A stretch of 64,000 bases of DNA, taken from positions 4,208,880 to 4,272,879 of the forward strand of contig NW_003314261.1 of NCBI RefSeq assembly GCF_000143415.4, read 5' to 3'. Positions 47,932 through 60,453 of this stretch are shown in pieces. The stretch's first letter is position 1, and every line of letters begins with the position of its first letter. The position numbers and the translations under genes were made by a program. This DNA comes from Selaginella moellendorffii (taxonomy: Eukaryota > Plantae > Lycopodiophyta). The notes beneath the pieces were generated by a model. The model saw only the letters and a list, made by a program, of their open reading frames with translations. It was not told the DNA's origin and did no database searches.

Positions 47932-50900
47932 TGTGAGTGCATGGAATATAAAAATGGAAACAGAAATGTCCATATCAATTAGCCCAAAAATCTTAACTTA
48001 TATGCAAAAGTGAGTGGTCTGGATTGAAACCAATTTAATGACTATTAAAATCCTATTATGCTAATATTAGTATACAACATTGTAACTGTACACTTGGACC
48101 TCATATCATCCTCTCCTCTCAGAATGATGGAAGATAATCAGGGTTTTGTAATGAATGGGCTAGGAGTTAAAAGAACATTAGGAGGAGGCATTAGTGTATT
48201 TGTAAGTAGTGTTAATTGTTTTTTATCCCTTTGTACGAAGAATTTCAATTGTTGTATATACAAAATTTCTTAAGGATCAACTTGTTGGACATCATGCTAA
48301 ACCTCATAAACTTGTGGTCCAACTTGCCACAATACCTAATTATAGTCCCTTTCACTGAGTAAAGAGCCCTTTAAACAAATTATATATCATAAAATTGGGA
48401 AAACATATTAACATTAAGTCATCCACTTTGTAGTTTATAAATGGACGATAATAAGAGTTACAATGCCATTGTTATCTCCATTATACATGGCCTAAGTGTT
48501 TGGCAAACTCTACTTCGACAAATAGAAGAATACTCATAAAACATTGATCCCAAAACCTAGTATCGGGAGAATCGTAAAAATAAACTCAACTCTATATATA
48601 AGAGTTTATATGGTGAAACACCAATAAAATTCTACACCTTTGTGATATACGTATACCAATAAGACAGCAAATAATCATTTCAATTTGAATGTTGAAGGTT
48701 TATATACTTTGTGATCATCCATTTGAAGTCCGAACGAGCCATTTCACCTAACCATCTAATTATGGATAATAAGCACTCTTGAAAGTGTGGCGTATTCTCA
48801 ACCGAGACATCAAAACGTGAAAAGCTTTAGCCATAAATACGGAATTATTATCCAAAAGAATTCGCTCTAAACAAGAACGTTGGAACACCACAAGATTGAG
48901 GAGGAAATATCTAACAATAGTTGAAAATGTATTAACAAGAGCATTAACTTCCATCTAGAGAGTCAAGTAGTTAGTAATAATAATGATATACTTATTGTCA
49001 ATAGTCAACTATGGAAAAAAGCTTTATCAAATCAAATGCCACCAACTTAAACAAATTGAAAATTGCAATTGACTCCAATTGTCCTTTCATAACACAAGGG
49101 GAGTATTACGAGCTTGGTACCAAATACATCTACATATATACATGATAACATTACATTGTATCTCTAACTAATAGAAAGATTTATATAACTTCTCAGTCAC
49201 ATAACAATGTCCTATATACTCACCTAGAATAAGAGAATTATGGTAAGCATGGAGAAAGTGTTGAATAAAGATCAAAGACACCACTAGTCATAAATGATAA
49301 TCAAGATTTGTCCTTACAAAATAAAGAAAGCCATCCTTAAAGTGATATTAAAATGGCAAGTTATTAACAAGTGATGTAGGATTTTTAAACTCATCATAAA
49401 GCCTCCGAATCCATAACTCAATCTTTTAAGCCTCACGAACTTTATCAAATGAAGGTAAATTTTGCTTTGCACCTTGCGGATATTGAACATCAAGTACAAC
49501 AACTGTCAACAGCATATAATCCTCATCCAAAAAATTCACAAATGTTAGAACAATAGGAAAAAAAAGAGAGAGAAGAGAGCGAAAAAGGAAGAAGAGTTTG
49601 AGAAAGGGCATCAACATCAGTTATAGAACTCCCCGGGCGATGAACAATATCAAAATTATATATTTAAAACTTCAAAGCCCATTGAGTCATATAACTAACC
49701 AAATCCTTCCACTTCAAAAATAAAGTAATTGCAGCATGATCACCTTTTAGTAATATCTAAGAACAATGTAGATATGTATGAAGTTTCTTGAAACCCCAAA
49801 CTACTGCTAAACACTCCTCTATTGTGGAAAAATTCACCTTTATTAGTTGTAATATATAATTGATATATGCAATAGGATAATGCTGACCAGGCACACTCAA
49901 GCTCTCTTGCATCAACACACCTCTAAGACTAGCATCTATGTGCAAAATGAAAAGTTGAGTGCAGTGAAGATATGCTAAAATTAGAGGAGTCATCAATAAC
50001 TTTTTGAGATCCATAAACACCTACTCATAGTCCATAGACTAGATGAAAGACAACGTTAACGACTTCAACAATGCTTGCAATGGTGCAGTATAATAAAAAA
50101 GATGATTAACAAAACGAAGATACTGCACCTTGCCTAAAAAGCACTGTACATCATTCACACATTTTGGTGTACAGAACATTGAAACAACCACAAGTTTGTC
50201 ATAATGAATTTGCAAACCGAGAAATACAATGTTTAAGATAAATTATGACTTTAGACCCAAACACACACTTCAACTATTTCAACTTTAAACCAACTTCTTA
50301 TACCCAATCCAAGACATTATGAACAATAGATGTATTCCTTTTATATCCTTTTCAAGTGGATGAAGACATCATTAATGGAGTTAATAGTGACTTCCAACAT
50401 ATCACAAAGAACTTTGTCCATCATTCGCTACAAAGTTGCTAGAGCATTATTTAAACCAAACAGCATCACGAAGAATTTGTATAAACCAAACGGTATACAA
50501 AAAGTAGTATTAAGAATATCTTCTTTGGCCATTGGCACTTGTCATTACCCAGAAGCAAAATCTAATTTAGTGAACTAATGACTTTTTTCTAGATGATCCA
50601 AGAGATCAGTATTATAAGGAAGAGGGTATACATTCGGGATCATCATTTCTTTTAAAGGATGATAGTCAATGCAAAAGTAAATACTCTCATCAAGTTTCAT
50701 CACAAGATGAGGTTCACATGCTCAAGGACTTTATGACTTTAGAATAACACTCTTTTCCATTTCCTTAACATTTACACATAAAATCTTAATTTCTTTTGGT
50801 AATCGATGATGAACAAAAACTTTGATTAGATGAGCATCCCTAGTTGGAATAGGATGATGTGCTGCAATCTTGGCCCTAAACAACAGGTCAAAGAGATCAA

Positions 50901-52695
50901 CACATTCCTTCATAAACCGGTCAACTGCTACAATACAAAGACTATTAGAGGGATCAGAAGAGAGAATAGAGGAACAAGATAGAAATATAGAAGGAAGTAA
51001 TGAGGAGACAAAAGTGATGGAAGCAAAGGTAAAAGTAGAGAGACAAAGAGGAAAAAAAGTGAAAGGAATAGAAAAAATATAAAGAAGTACTAAATAAGGG
51101 GGAGAAGCCTCAAAATCACACTTAACGTGATTATGCCGTAACTAATCCATACCAAGAATGAGGTCAAAAGTTTAACTTGGCACCACTTGCAATGATTGCA
51201 ACTCAAATTAAAAATCACCCACATACACAACTAGATATTCTTTATCTCGTGCACATATATTTGTATGGCCGTTGTCATAAAGAATGAAAATTGACTTTGC
51301 GACATGATGCAAATGCAAACAACAATGTATGGCAACAGACCAAGAAATAGAAGATAAACTTGAGCCTATATCAACCAACACAGAGAGAATAATAGGAGAC
51401 TCAAACTTGGAAAGTAAACATTAGATGAACTAATACCGAATGAACCCTTTGATGATATTCATGAAAGAAAGATGGAAGGGTTATTGACTTATTTACACAA
51501 GGGCCCTTTGCTACTTGTAAAACTCCTAATTTCCTAGAAGCATCTGAGTGTCTAGATTTTCCACTGTAGCAACATTAATAAGATATTATTAACGTCAAGG
51601 TCTCCACCTAGGAAATGGAGGTTGCCAATCTAGAAAATGTTAACAATACCAATAAGTGTGACCAACTTCATCACACGCCCAGCATTGGATATCACAACCA
51701 CAACCACATCCTCACCCTTATCCTTGAATTTGAGCAATAGTAGCATCAACCTCTATTGAAATAAGACCATTTCCCACATGAAGTGGAGTTGAAGGACATG
51801 CAATGAGAAGTGGAAGAGATGATATCTCATAACGTTGTGCCAAGTGTAGAGCATCATCAAGGGGGCTATAGCAAGTGTATGCATAAGTCTTATCAAATTT
51901 TGATGAAGTGCCGGCCATAACATTTCCAACTTGATACGTTCTGACATATTTAGCTCCACACGAAATAAGAGGCTTTAGAAATGAATGCTAAATTGCATTA
52001 TTGACTCAGATGAACCTTGATAAAAATGATGCAATTGTTGAAAGGTATTATTATAATTGTCAATATGTCCAAATTCACATTTGAAGACATTTAAAAGAAT
52101 GTTTCAATCCTTACAAGTGGCTAGGCTCAAATCATTGTACCATTGCAATGCTATCCCTTAGAGACATGTGGGAAATTTATGCAAATGCCGAGCATCATCC
52201 CAAGAATGATATATGGCAATCACTGTAAAGTGATCAGACCAATAGTACACATCATCCCCAAGATTCCCACAAAAGAACTTTAGCTAAATGTGAGGATTAA
52301 TAGCAAGAGTAGAAAGAGTTATATCATACGCTATAAATGCCACCATTAACTGAGTCTGCTTCTTCAATTGCAATTACATAGCATCAAAATTGCACTAATT
52401 GCTACTCCAAAGTCAAAGAAGGAGGAAGTTGCTATTCTACTATAAAAAGGAACAAAAAGGGAAAAGGGAAAAGGTAAAAGAAACTTAAGGACAATCAAAA
52501 TTGCCCCTCACCTCTACTAATATAAGTGTATGGAATATAGAAATGGAATATAGAAATGTGTATATCAATTTGTCTAATAACCTTAGTTTATATGCAAGAG
52601 TGAGTGGTTTGGATTAAAATCAATCCAATGACTATCAAAATCCCACTATACTAATATTAGTATACGATATTATAGCCATACACTTGGACCTCATA
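47932..52695 (-). mobile_element. Old, AT-eroded full-length copy of the 23406-28394 Gypsy family
   Basis: LTRs at about 47932-48105 and 52521-52695, with the same PBS and PPT positions and a colinear gag-pol full of stops. Confidence 0.92.
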
Positions 52696-52745
52696 AATTT
52701 GATTTTGTTTTACAACATATATATAGGATATATAATATAAGCATT

Positions 52746-52998
52746 TACTTCCTAATCATGATAATTGAGGAGTGTACCTCTTATGAATTATAATATAGGT
52801 AGACAAGTTACACTTTAAACTTTTAGATGATCCCATTGGTTAAAATTTTAACTAGAAGGCCTATAAAACTATATGATAATTTATAGTCCTAGTTAAAAGT
52901 GTAATTACTGAGATCATCTAAAAGCTTAAAGCACAACTTCTCTACCTATATTATCGTTCCTAAGAGGTGTTCTCCTCACTTATTGTGATTAGGAGGTA
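52746..52998. mobile_element. Fold-back (hairpin) element, MITE-like, TA-flanked
   Basis: Imperfect inverted arms of about 115-120 bp (TA-CTTCCTAATC...GATTAGGAGG-TA) around a short loop. Confidence 0.7.
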
Positions 52999-53327
52999 TA
53001 TGTTCAAATGAGTTTCTTTATCATACTAAGTTATGTATAATATTGAAAATTGTGTTGTATATGAGTTTTCTAAACTAAAAATACTTTGAAATAAATTTTT
53101 TTTTATGCATGTGAGTTTTACTCTTTGTTTCTTGTATAATGGCCTAGGAAGTAAAAATACTATATATAACACTAAGTATATAAATGTTTATTGATAACAC
53201 TCCAGTTGGCATTTTTATAATCAATTATTGTGGCCAACAACAAGATCAATAGTAGTTGTTATATATTATATTAGATAATTTTTTAGTTCATAAAAAAATA
53301 TAGTTATAATAGAGATTAATGTCACAT

Positions 53328-53870
53328 TGTAGTGTATGTGATTTTCATACTTTATCTTATAGTGATTTAACATAGAATAACCATGAAGTGAATCCTAAAC
53401 CCTATATGTGCCACGTGATATGCCATGTGCAATATGTCATGTGTCCAAAAACAGCGGAGCAAAACCTGAGTTTTAGTGCCTTGGGCTATTGAATGAACGA
53501 ACAAAGCCAAACTCTTGAGTATAGAACCTAAGAGTGAAAGAAGCAGAATATAGAATGACTCCCAAATGTACAATCCAAGAAGTGAAGGACAAAAGAGTAC
53601 AGTGATATAGGAATAATTTTAAAACATCCCAATGTTAGAACAACCACGTAAAACAAAGCAAAATGGAATTTGGCGCTATTTCAGCATATTGGTGGTTTAA
53701 TTTGAGGATATAGGTACTCCACCAGCAAGTATATTATGGAACTTGGGCTTAAATATAAATCAAATATAGAACAAGGACAGATACACAAATAGGAGATAGA
53801 CTATACATTAGGTTGGTCAATTATACCTAATCTACCCATTATCCTTACTATACATTTAGAACCCCCCACA
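53328..53870 (-). mobile_element. Degenerate LTR of family X (solo-like), an inverted copy of 55854-56369
   Basis: Its reverse complement aligns end to end with 55854-56369, with TG..CA termini. No clean TSD seen. Confidence 0.75.
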
Positions 53871-53954
53871 ACACTTTAGTACTAGGAGTTGAAACGTACT
53901 AAATATAGAATAGCATTAGATTGCGAACTTGAATACAAAACTAACACTATTGTG

Positions 53955-54948
53955 TGTAAGCGACTAATTTTTCCATTCTACTTTAGTCACTTAACCACAC
54001 CTCCGACCACTTGGAGGAGTCTCATTCACAACCTCCATCAGTCCAATTCAGGACTTGGGACTTGCTAGCCCCAAGAATGGCATCCATGCCACTCACCACT
54101 TGCACCTGGTCCAAGTGCTCCTCGTGTCCGGTCCCAAGACCGACACCCAAAGGTACCACTGACATCTCGGCCTGTTACGCTAAGGCCATGCCCATTCACC
54201 TTTGCTGCACTAGTGGTCCAATACCACTTGCATCACAATCCCGTCTCTCCAAGACTGGGCCATCTGTCCACGAGTGGTCATCCTAGATCCACTCCTTAGC
54301 ATCCTTAGGATGCCCACAGACCTAGGGAATTGCCTTCCCCAAAGTCCCTTTGTCAGTTCCTACCAAGTCCCTTTCTGCCCCTGGCCGTGTTTGCCAACAC
54401 TGCCACTGGATCAAGGCCCACAGGCCCGACCCTTAAGTCCCATAGTCCTCTGGGACTTCCTCACCACACGATTGTGTCCTTGGTCACTACCCCAGAGGAC
54501 TGCTCCTCTTCCTTTCCACAGTCTAGGCCTTTGGGACAACATTTCGGAACATCGTGGCCTTACGCGAGCCACCTGGGTACTCTCCCCGCCTTTTGCCTTT
54601 AGGTGCTCTAGCCATGGGCTTAGAGCGAGGTTTTATTGAGCCATGCTTGGTATCCAAGTAGGTAGTGCCACCCACACTTGGATTGGGAGCATCGGCCAGT
54701 CGATCTCCCGGGGGAACTAGAGCCGGCTCTTGAACACTTCACCAAGCTACCCCGCTTGTCGGTCTGTATTCACTCTAGTCTTGGACTTCCCAGTGGTCAG
54801 TTCATCACCCAACACTGGTCTGGCCTTCTTGGGCCAAACTAGCCTTTCCTAGCCAAACTGGCTCCACTGCAGTCCTCCCCCTTACTATACTTTTGGAGCT
54901 CACCAAACCCCCCAGGGTCTGGGAGACGAACGCTTTGGGCTTTCACCC
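53955..54948 (-). mobile_element. 3'-type LTR (Z) with its upstream conserved motif and G-tract
   Basis: Minus strand GGGTGAAAGCCCAAAGCGT, then a G-rich tract, then an LTR-like sequence ending GCTTACA, as in the LTR at 60454-61142. Confidence 0.55.
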
Positions 54949-54952
54949 TCTC

Positions 54953-55458
54953 AGACTCGAACTCGGACTCGGACTCGGACTCGGACTCAGACTCGGACTC
55001 GGACTCGGGCTCGGGCTCGGTCTCAGCCTTGGCCTCGGTCTCGGTCTTGGTCCCAGTCCCGGTCTCGGTCTCGGTCCCGGTTTGGGTCTCGGTCTCGGTC
55101 CCGGTCTCGGTCTCGACCTCGGACTCCATCTTGGGTCCTTCTCGGACTCCATCTCGGACTCCGTCTCGGTCCATCTCGGACTCCATCTCGGACTTCGTCT
55201 CGGTCCATCTCGGACTTCATCTCGGGTCCATCTCGGACTCCGTCTCGGTCCACCTCGGACTCCATCTCGGACTCCATCTCGGGTCCATCTCGGACTCCGT
55301 CTCGGTCCATCTCGGACTCCATCTCGGACTCCATCTCGAGTCCATCTCGGACTCCATATCAGACTCCACTTCGGACTCCACTTCGGACTCCATATCGGAC
55401 TCCACTTCGGGTCCATCTCAGACTCCAACTAGGGTCCGTCTCGGACTCCATCTCGGAC
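54953..55458. repeat. Tandem array of 6/12-mers (CTCGGA, CTCGGT, CTCGGACTCCAT)
   Basis: Directly visible; immediately upstream (minus strand) of LTR Z. Confidence 0.9.
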
Positions 55459-55853
55459 ACTTCCACGTGTCATGTGTTGGTCCTTTTTGGGTCCCTTTTA
55501 GGAGCCTTGCTTATTGCTCGCTTCGTGCTCGCTCCTTGAGCACTTTGTTGGGAGTTCCACTCCCGCTCTCGACCTTCCAAGTCAACACCCTTGCTATCAT
55601 GCCTTTTGTGTTAGTCTCAATTCGGTCCCAAATGCTAATTATAGAAAGTGTCTAAATTTGCTCATTTGGCATATCTACAGAAAGTAGAAATTGGTCTGAA
55701 CACAATGGTATTCATCCCGTATCCAAATTCACAATCTAACACCATTCCATATTTAGTAAGTTTTGAGTTTGTCCCAGAGACTAACTCTTGATACTAAAGG
55801 AGGCTTAGGGTGAAAGCCCAAAGCGTATGTTCCTCGGGGGGGGGGGGGGGGCT

Positions 55854-56369
55854 TGTGGGGGGTTCCAAATGTATAGTAGGGATAGTGGGTAGGTCGGGCA
55901 TGGCCGACCAACTTGAGGCATAGTCTAGCTTCCGCTTGCATGCCTGTCTTTGTTCTGCGTCCGGCTTGGGTCTAAGCCCAAGTTCATTCCATGCTAGCTG
56001 GTGGAGTACCCATGTCCTCACGTTGCCACCGGTATGCAAACTCCATTTGACTCCGTTTTGCATGTTGATCCTGGCATTTGGATGTTGGTTACTCTAGGAC
56101 TATTCCAAGTCTCTCTATACCCCTGTCCCTTCTCTCCTTGGGCTATATGCTCGGGAGTTATTCCGTGGTTTGGTTCTGTCACTCCTTGGCTCCATGCCTG
56201 GGAGTTTGGCACCGTTCCTTCGTTCAGTGGCCCAAGGCCCTGAAACTCAGGTTCCACACCATTGTTCTTTGGATATGTGGCATGTGACATGTGGGTTTAA
56301 GTTCCGCTTCATGGTGTTATCCTATGGTAAATCACTATAGGATAAAGGGTAAAAACCACGTGTGCTACA
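55854..56369 (+). mobile_element. LTR family X, preceded by a G16 PPT and followed by a tRNA-iMet-type PBS
   Basis: TGTGGGG...GCTACA; G-run 55836-55851; PBS TGGTATCAAAG from 56372. Confidence 0.8.
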
Positions 56370-59300
56370 TTTGGTATCAAAGGATGAGTCTCGGCGAGTA
56401 CTACCCAATGAGATTGGACAACTAGTCTCGTTGCATACGCAGAGATGAAAACGATGATTTGAGTGGGTACACGTTTGGGTGCAAAGGCTTTGCAATCATT
56501 CCTTGGGTATGGATTTGGTTACCTTTTGTACCATATTATATGAGCTTGCTCTTGGGCTCATAAGAGGGATTGAGTTGTTCTGTTCACATGAGTTTGCGTT
56601 TGGGCTCATGAGTGAGGCACATTAGCAACTCAAGGTTACTTTTTGAGTTGGCAGGATTAATGTTAGCCTATTAGTGGTTCCATGAATTGTTTCATGTACC
56701 ATAGGTGAAAGTAAACCTTCCCTAGGTTTCCTATGAGTGGCAAATAGGCTGATCTATAGCTATTTAGCACAGCACTAGTGGATCTTTCCTAGGCATGTTT
56801 ACAAGTGGATCAATCAAGACTATGATTCAAGTAATCATTGCCATGCTCTCTCATAAACTTTTGTTGGATTGGACTGAAGGTAGTGCGAAAGCAAGCTTAA
56901 GGTTTAGTCAAAGATGAGACCGAAAAGAGAGTCGTCAGGGATGAAGGATTAAACACGTAAATCATTTTTTCTTCTTGGAGGGATGATTTGCAATGAAGTG
57001 TGACTCATTGCTTGTGTTCATAGTATGCAATCAAGAGTCCCTATCTTGATGCATGTTGAAAATGATGGTCTTGCAAGTAGTGAGTCATGGGATGGATAGC
57101 GGTGAAGCGCTATACCATTTTGTCTAGACTTGTTATTGGAAGACTTGAGTTACAGTGCTCAATTCTTTTCCGGGGAACCTTGCTATTGCTCATTGAGTAG
57201 CTTGGTGCTGGATTAGTTTGAGTTTGATCAGAAAGAGAGTGGCATGAGTTTGTCCATGTTGTGAACAAAAGTTAGTGGTCTTCAATGTTATAAATCTCTA
57301 TCGGTGGGGTGTGGCATTTATATTGCATTTTGTTGAATCGAGTTGGCACTTGATAGTCACATGAACCTTTGAAGTAATGACATAGATATTGCTCGTGGTG
57401 TTGCTCAATTGATGATCAATTCATTGTGATATTTATATCATATCTATGTGATAATGAACAATGTGTTTACGAAGTTGCTTGGTTAAATGATGATCAACCC
57501 CAAAGTGGTTGATAGTGCCTGATAGCTAGTCTACCTGCACGAAGTAGCATTGTAATAGCTTTGACTGGATTCTCGATGGTGGTCCATTATGCTAAGCTTA
57601 AGTTGGTACCTTGTTTCCTTGAGTTTGCCCATTAAGGTGTTGGAAAAGGGTTGTAACATTCATTTGCTATAGCTCATCGGTTGATCTGTTAGCACTTAGA
57701 GTAGATTGTTGGATGGAGAAAATGTGTAGTTGGGGCATTAACATCACTAGCACTTGTGTTAGTGAAAATGGCATTGTTATTTCAAATGATGAGAAATTTT
57801 CCTTAGAGCTTGATTTTTTATATCATTTTTCTTGTTAGTGTTTTGGCTTCACATTGGATCTTGAAGGTGATTGAAGAAGAGTGTTAGTGCAATGTGGATA
57901 TCCAAAGATGTGGTCTTCGTGATCAAGCCTTGGATGTTCATTTTGCACTTTACGGATGTCGATGTTAGATATCTGAAAAATGGGCAAAAGATGTTCGATG
58001 CTTAAGCATGCTATGAATGGTTTTTAGACAAAGTGATCAACAGATCAGCTATTGGAAAAACTTAAGAAAATTTGTGGAAAATGTTCCATCCTAGAGAAAG
58101 AATGACTCTCAGTCTAGGATGCAAACTTTCAAGACTCAACCAACTTCCTCCTATTAACAACTTCACATAGGTTCACCTCAACACAAATTCTCATGACCCA
58201 CGTTTTTGTAAGCCAGTATAAACTAGTGAAAGGGTTGGAGTTGACTTCGATTTTGTATGATGCGGCCTGAAAGGGATGCTAACTTTTGGGGCTAAAGCAA
58301 TTGAGTTGGATAGAGTCTGGAGTTGGTGTAGAAAAGTGGCCATTGCACTTTTCTAAGAAAGGTGACCCTTGTGCCTTTTTTTTGTAGCATTATGCTCGGT
58401 GGTAGGTTGCACCTTGCATTTTGCTAAGACTCTATGAAAGTAGTGAGCTCTCACTGATCTTGACTTGGTCTTGGTGGCTCTGTGTTTAAGGATGGTGATG
58501 TCTAACTTAATTGCTTGAGATTGAGATGTTAGCTTTGTCTATGAGGAGGTTGTGTACTGATATGAATCCATCTCATGGTCTTTACTTTAGTTTCAACTGA
58601 GTGTTGATCACATAACTAGCCTCTTCAAGGCATGCTCAGAGCTATTGGGTAAATGTTTTAGTAAGCTTATTGCGGTTGAGTTAGATTCGAGTGGTCATTT
58701 AGTTTGTGCTTGTCTATGAACTTTTATCTCGTACTTGCGATATCACGTTCAAGTTAGACAAGTATATAACTTGATGACAAGAGTTGGTGTTTGGGTCTTG
58801 TGAAGGCAAGTTGAAAAGTAATTTTTGGTTGTTTTGCAACTAATGATTGCTTGTAGATTTTGTTAAAGACTGTGACACTTGCTTCACTTGGTGATGATTC
58901 AGTAGTGATGGGCTTGATTTACTGGATGGTGTTGTGGAGGATCGTGTCATTAAACTTATATGGTTTTCCATGTTGGCATATAGACTCTACCTCTATTGAT
59001 GTCATTTGGTTATGTTTAGTCCGTAGTGTTGGATTTCATGGAGTCTTGGATGTGGTGAATCACTCCTTGATGATGTGTTATCTGTTACTGAGTATTGTTG
59101 GAGCATTGGTCTCAAATACTGACTAAAGTATCTTCGACTTTGGTTAGCTTGGTTGCTAGAGAATTTTAGGTGATAAATCACTCTTGCTGTCTTTTAGCTT
59201 TGTTCTGGTGTTGATAGCACTGAAATGATGCCTTGTCGTTGACAATATTGATATTGAGATTCGAGTGAAATGAGATATCTTTCCTTAGGATTGATATTGA

Positions 59301-60139
59301 GTTTCATTAGTCTTGATGAAGATAGTGTTGATGATTTGGCTAAAATTTTGTGTTATTGGCATTGATGCATTTGCTAGTTAGCAACTATATTAACGTTCAA
59401 ATGAATTGAGTAGCAAGTTTGAGTTAGTTGTGTTCTAGATAAGATTGCTTAGTTGAGGTTGAGTTTTGAGCTTTTCTTTAAAAGGTGATTCAGTCATGGA
59501 CTATACTAGCTTTACGAGACAAAAAATTAATGATCGATATTGAAATGTTTGAATCCTTATTGGATTTGAGTTGGAATATATCAATCATTGATAATTTTTC
59601 TTATGCTTGTTATAAAGTGAGTTACGTCATGTTATAGATGGATTCATGGAGGATTGTTTAGTGTTCACTTGTTGAGTATAGCTTTATTGTGTTTGGCTTT
59701 TGGATTGATACAGATATACTCTTCATTAGCTTTGTATTATGAAGTTTAACTTATGGATGTGTTGAGGAGGATATTATGGATTGTGCCATGATTTCTTTTT
59801 TAGCATTGAAGTTAGTTCATGCAAGACTTGTGATCATTGTTAGATAAGATTTAGCTCTAAACTTCTTCAAAATTTTGGTTCCTTGAATTTTATGCTCATT
59901 GTTCCATTTGTTAAAAGTTATTGGGGGAAGGCATTTTGGCTCATTATCTTTGATGTTGAAGTTGAATTTTGCATTTAGCAATCATTGGTGATGGTTGACT
60001 ATCAGTTTAAATGGTCAATTATCTTTGTTGAAGGTTTTGCTTGGTTGTTGTTGATATAGATGTAAGGAACCAACTCCCCGAAGTGTTGTAGGCTAAAGGA
60101 TCCCCTAAAGCATGACCGTAATGACAAAGAGTTCATCGG

Positions 60140-60390
60140 ATGGGACCGAGTCGAAGATCGAGTCCAAGACCGACTCTGAGACCAAGTTCGAGAAAGAGTC
60201 TGGGACCCAATCTGAGGCTGAATCGGAGACCGAGTTCGAGACCGAGTTTGAGACAATGTCTGAGATCTGAATTGGGTCCGAGACCGAGTCCGAGGTCGAG
60301 TCCAAAGTCAAGTCCGAGATCGAGTCTGACACCGAGTCTGAGACCGAGTCCGAGATTGAGTCTGAGATCGAGTCTGAGACCAAGTCCGAA
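60140..60390 (+). repeat. Degenerate GAGACC/GAGTCC/GAGATC hexamer array
   Basis: Same repeat family as 54953-55458 in the opposite orientation, upstream of the LTR Y PPT. Confidence 0.85.
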
Positions 60391-60453
60391 TGCTAATATG
60401 GGTCAAGGGGTGAAAGCCCAAAGCGTGCGTCTTCTTGGGGGGCGGGGGGGGGC

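Noticed and set aside
54953-55458. Possible CRISPR-like array
   Set aside because: Contiguous short repeats with no unique spacers, no cas genes, and a eukaryotic context.
54839-55655. SPRW-, ES- and GL-repeat ORFs on both strands
   Set aside because: By-products of stop-free 6/12-mer tandem repeats.
55808-55826. GGGTGAAAGCCC as part of a hammerhead ribozyme
   Set aside because: No CTGANGA core at a suitable position.
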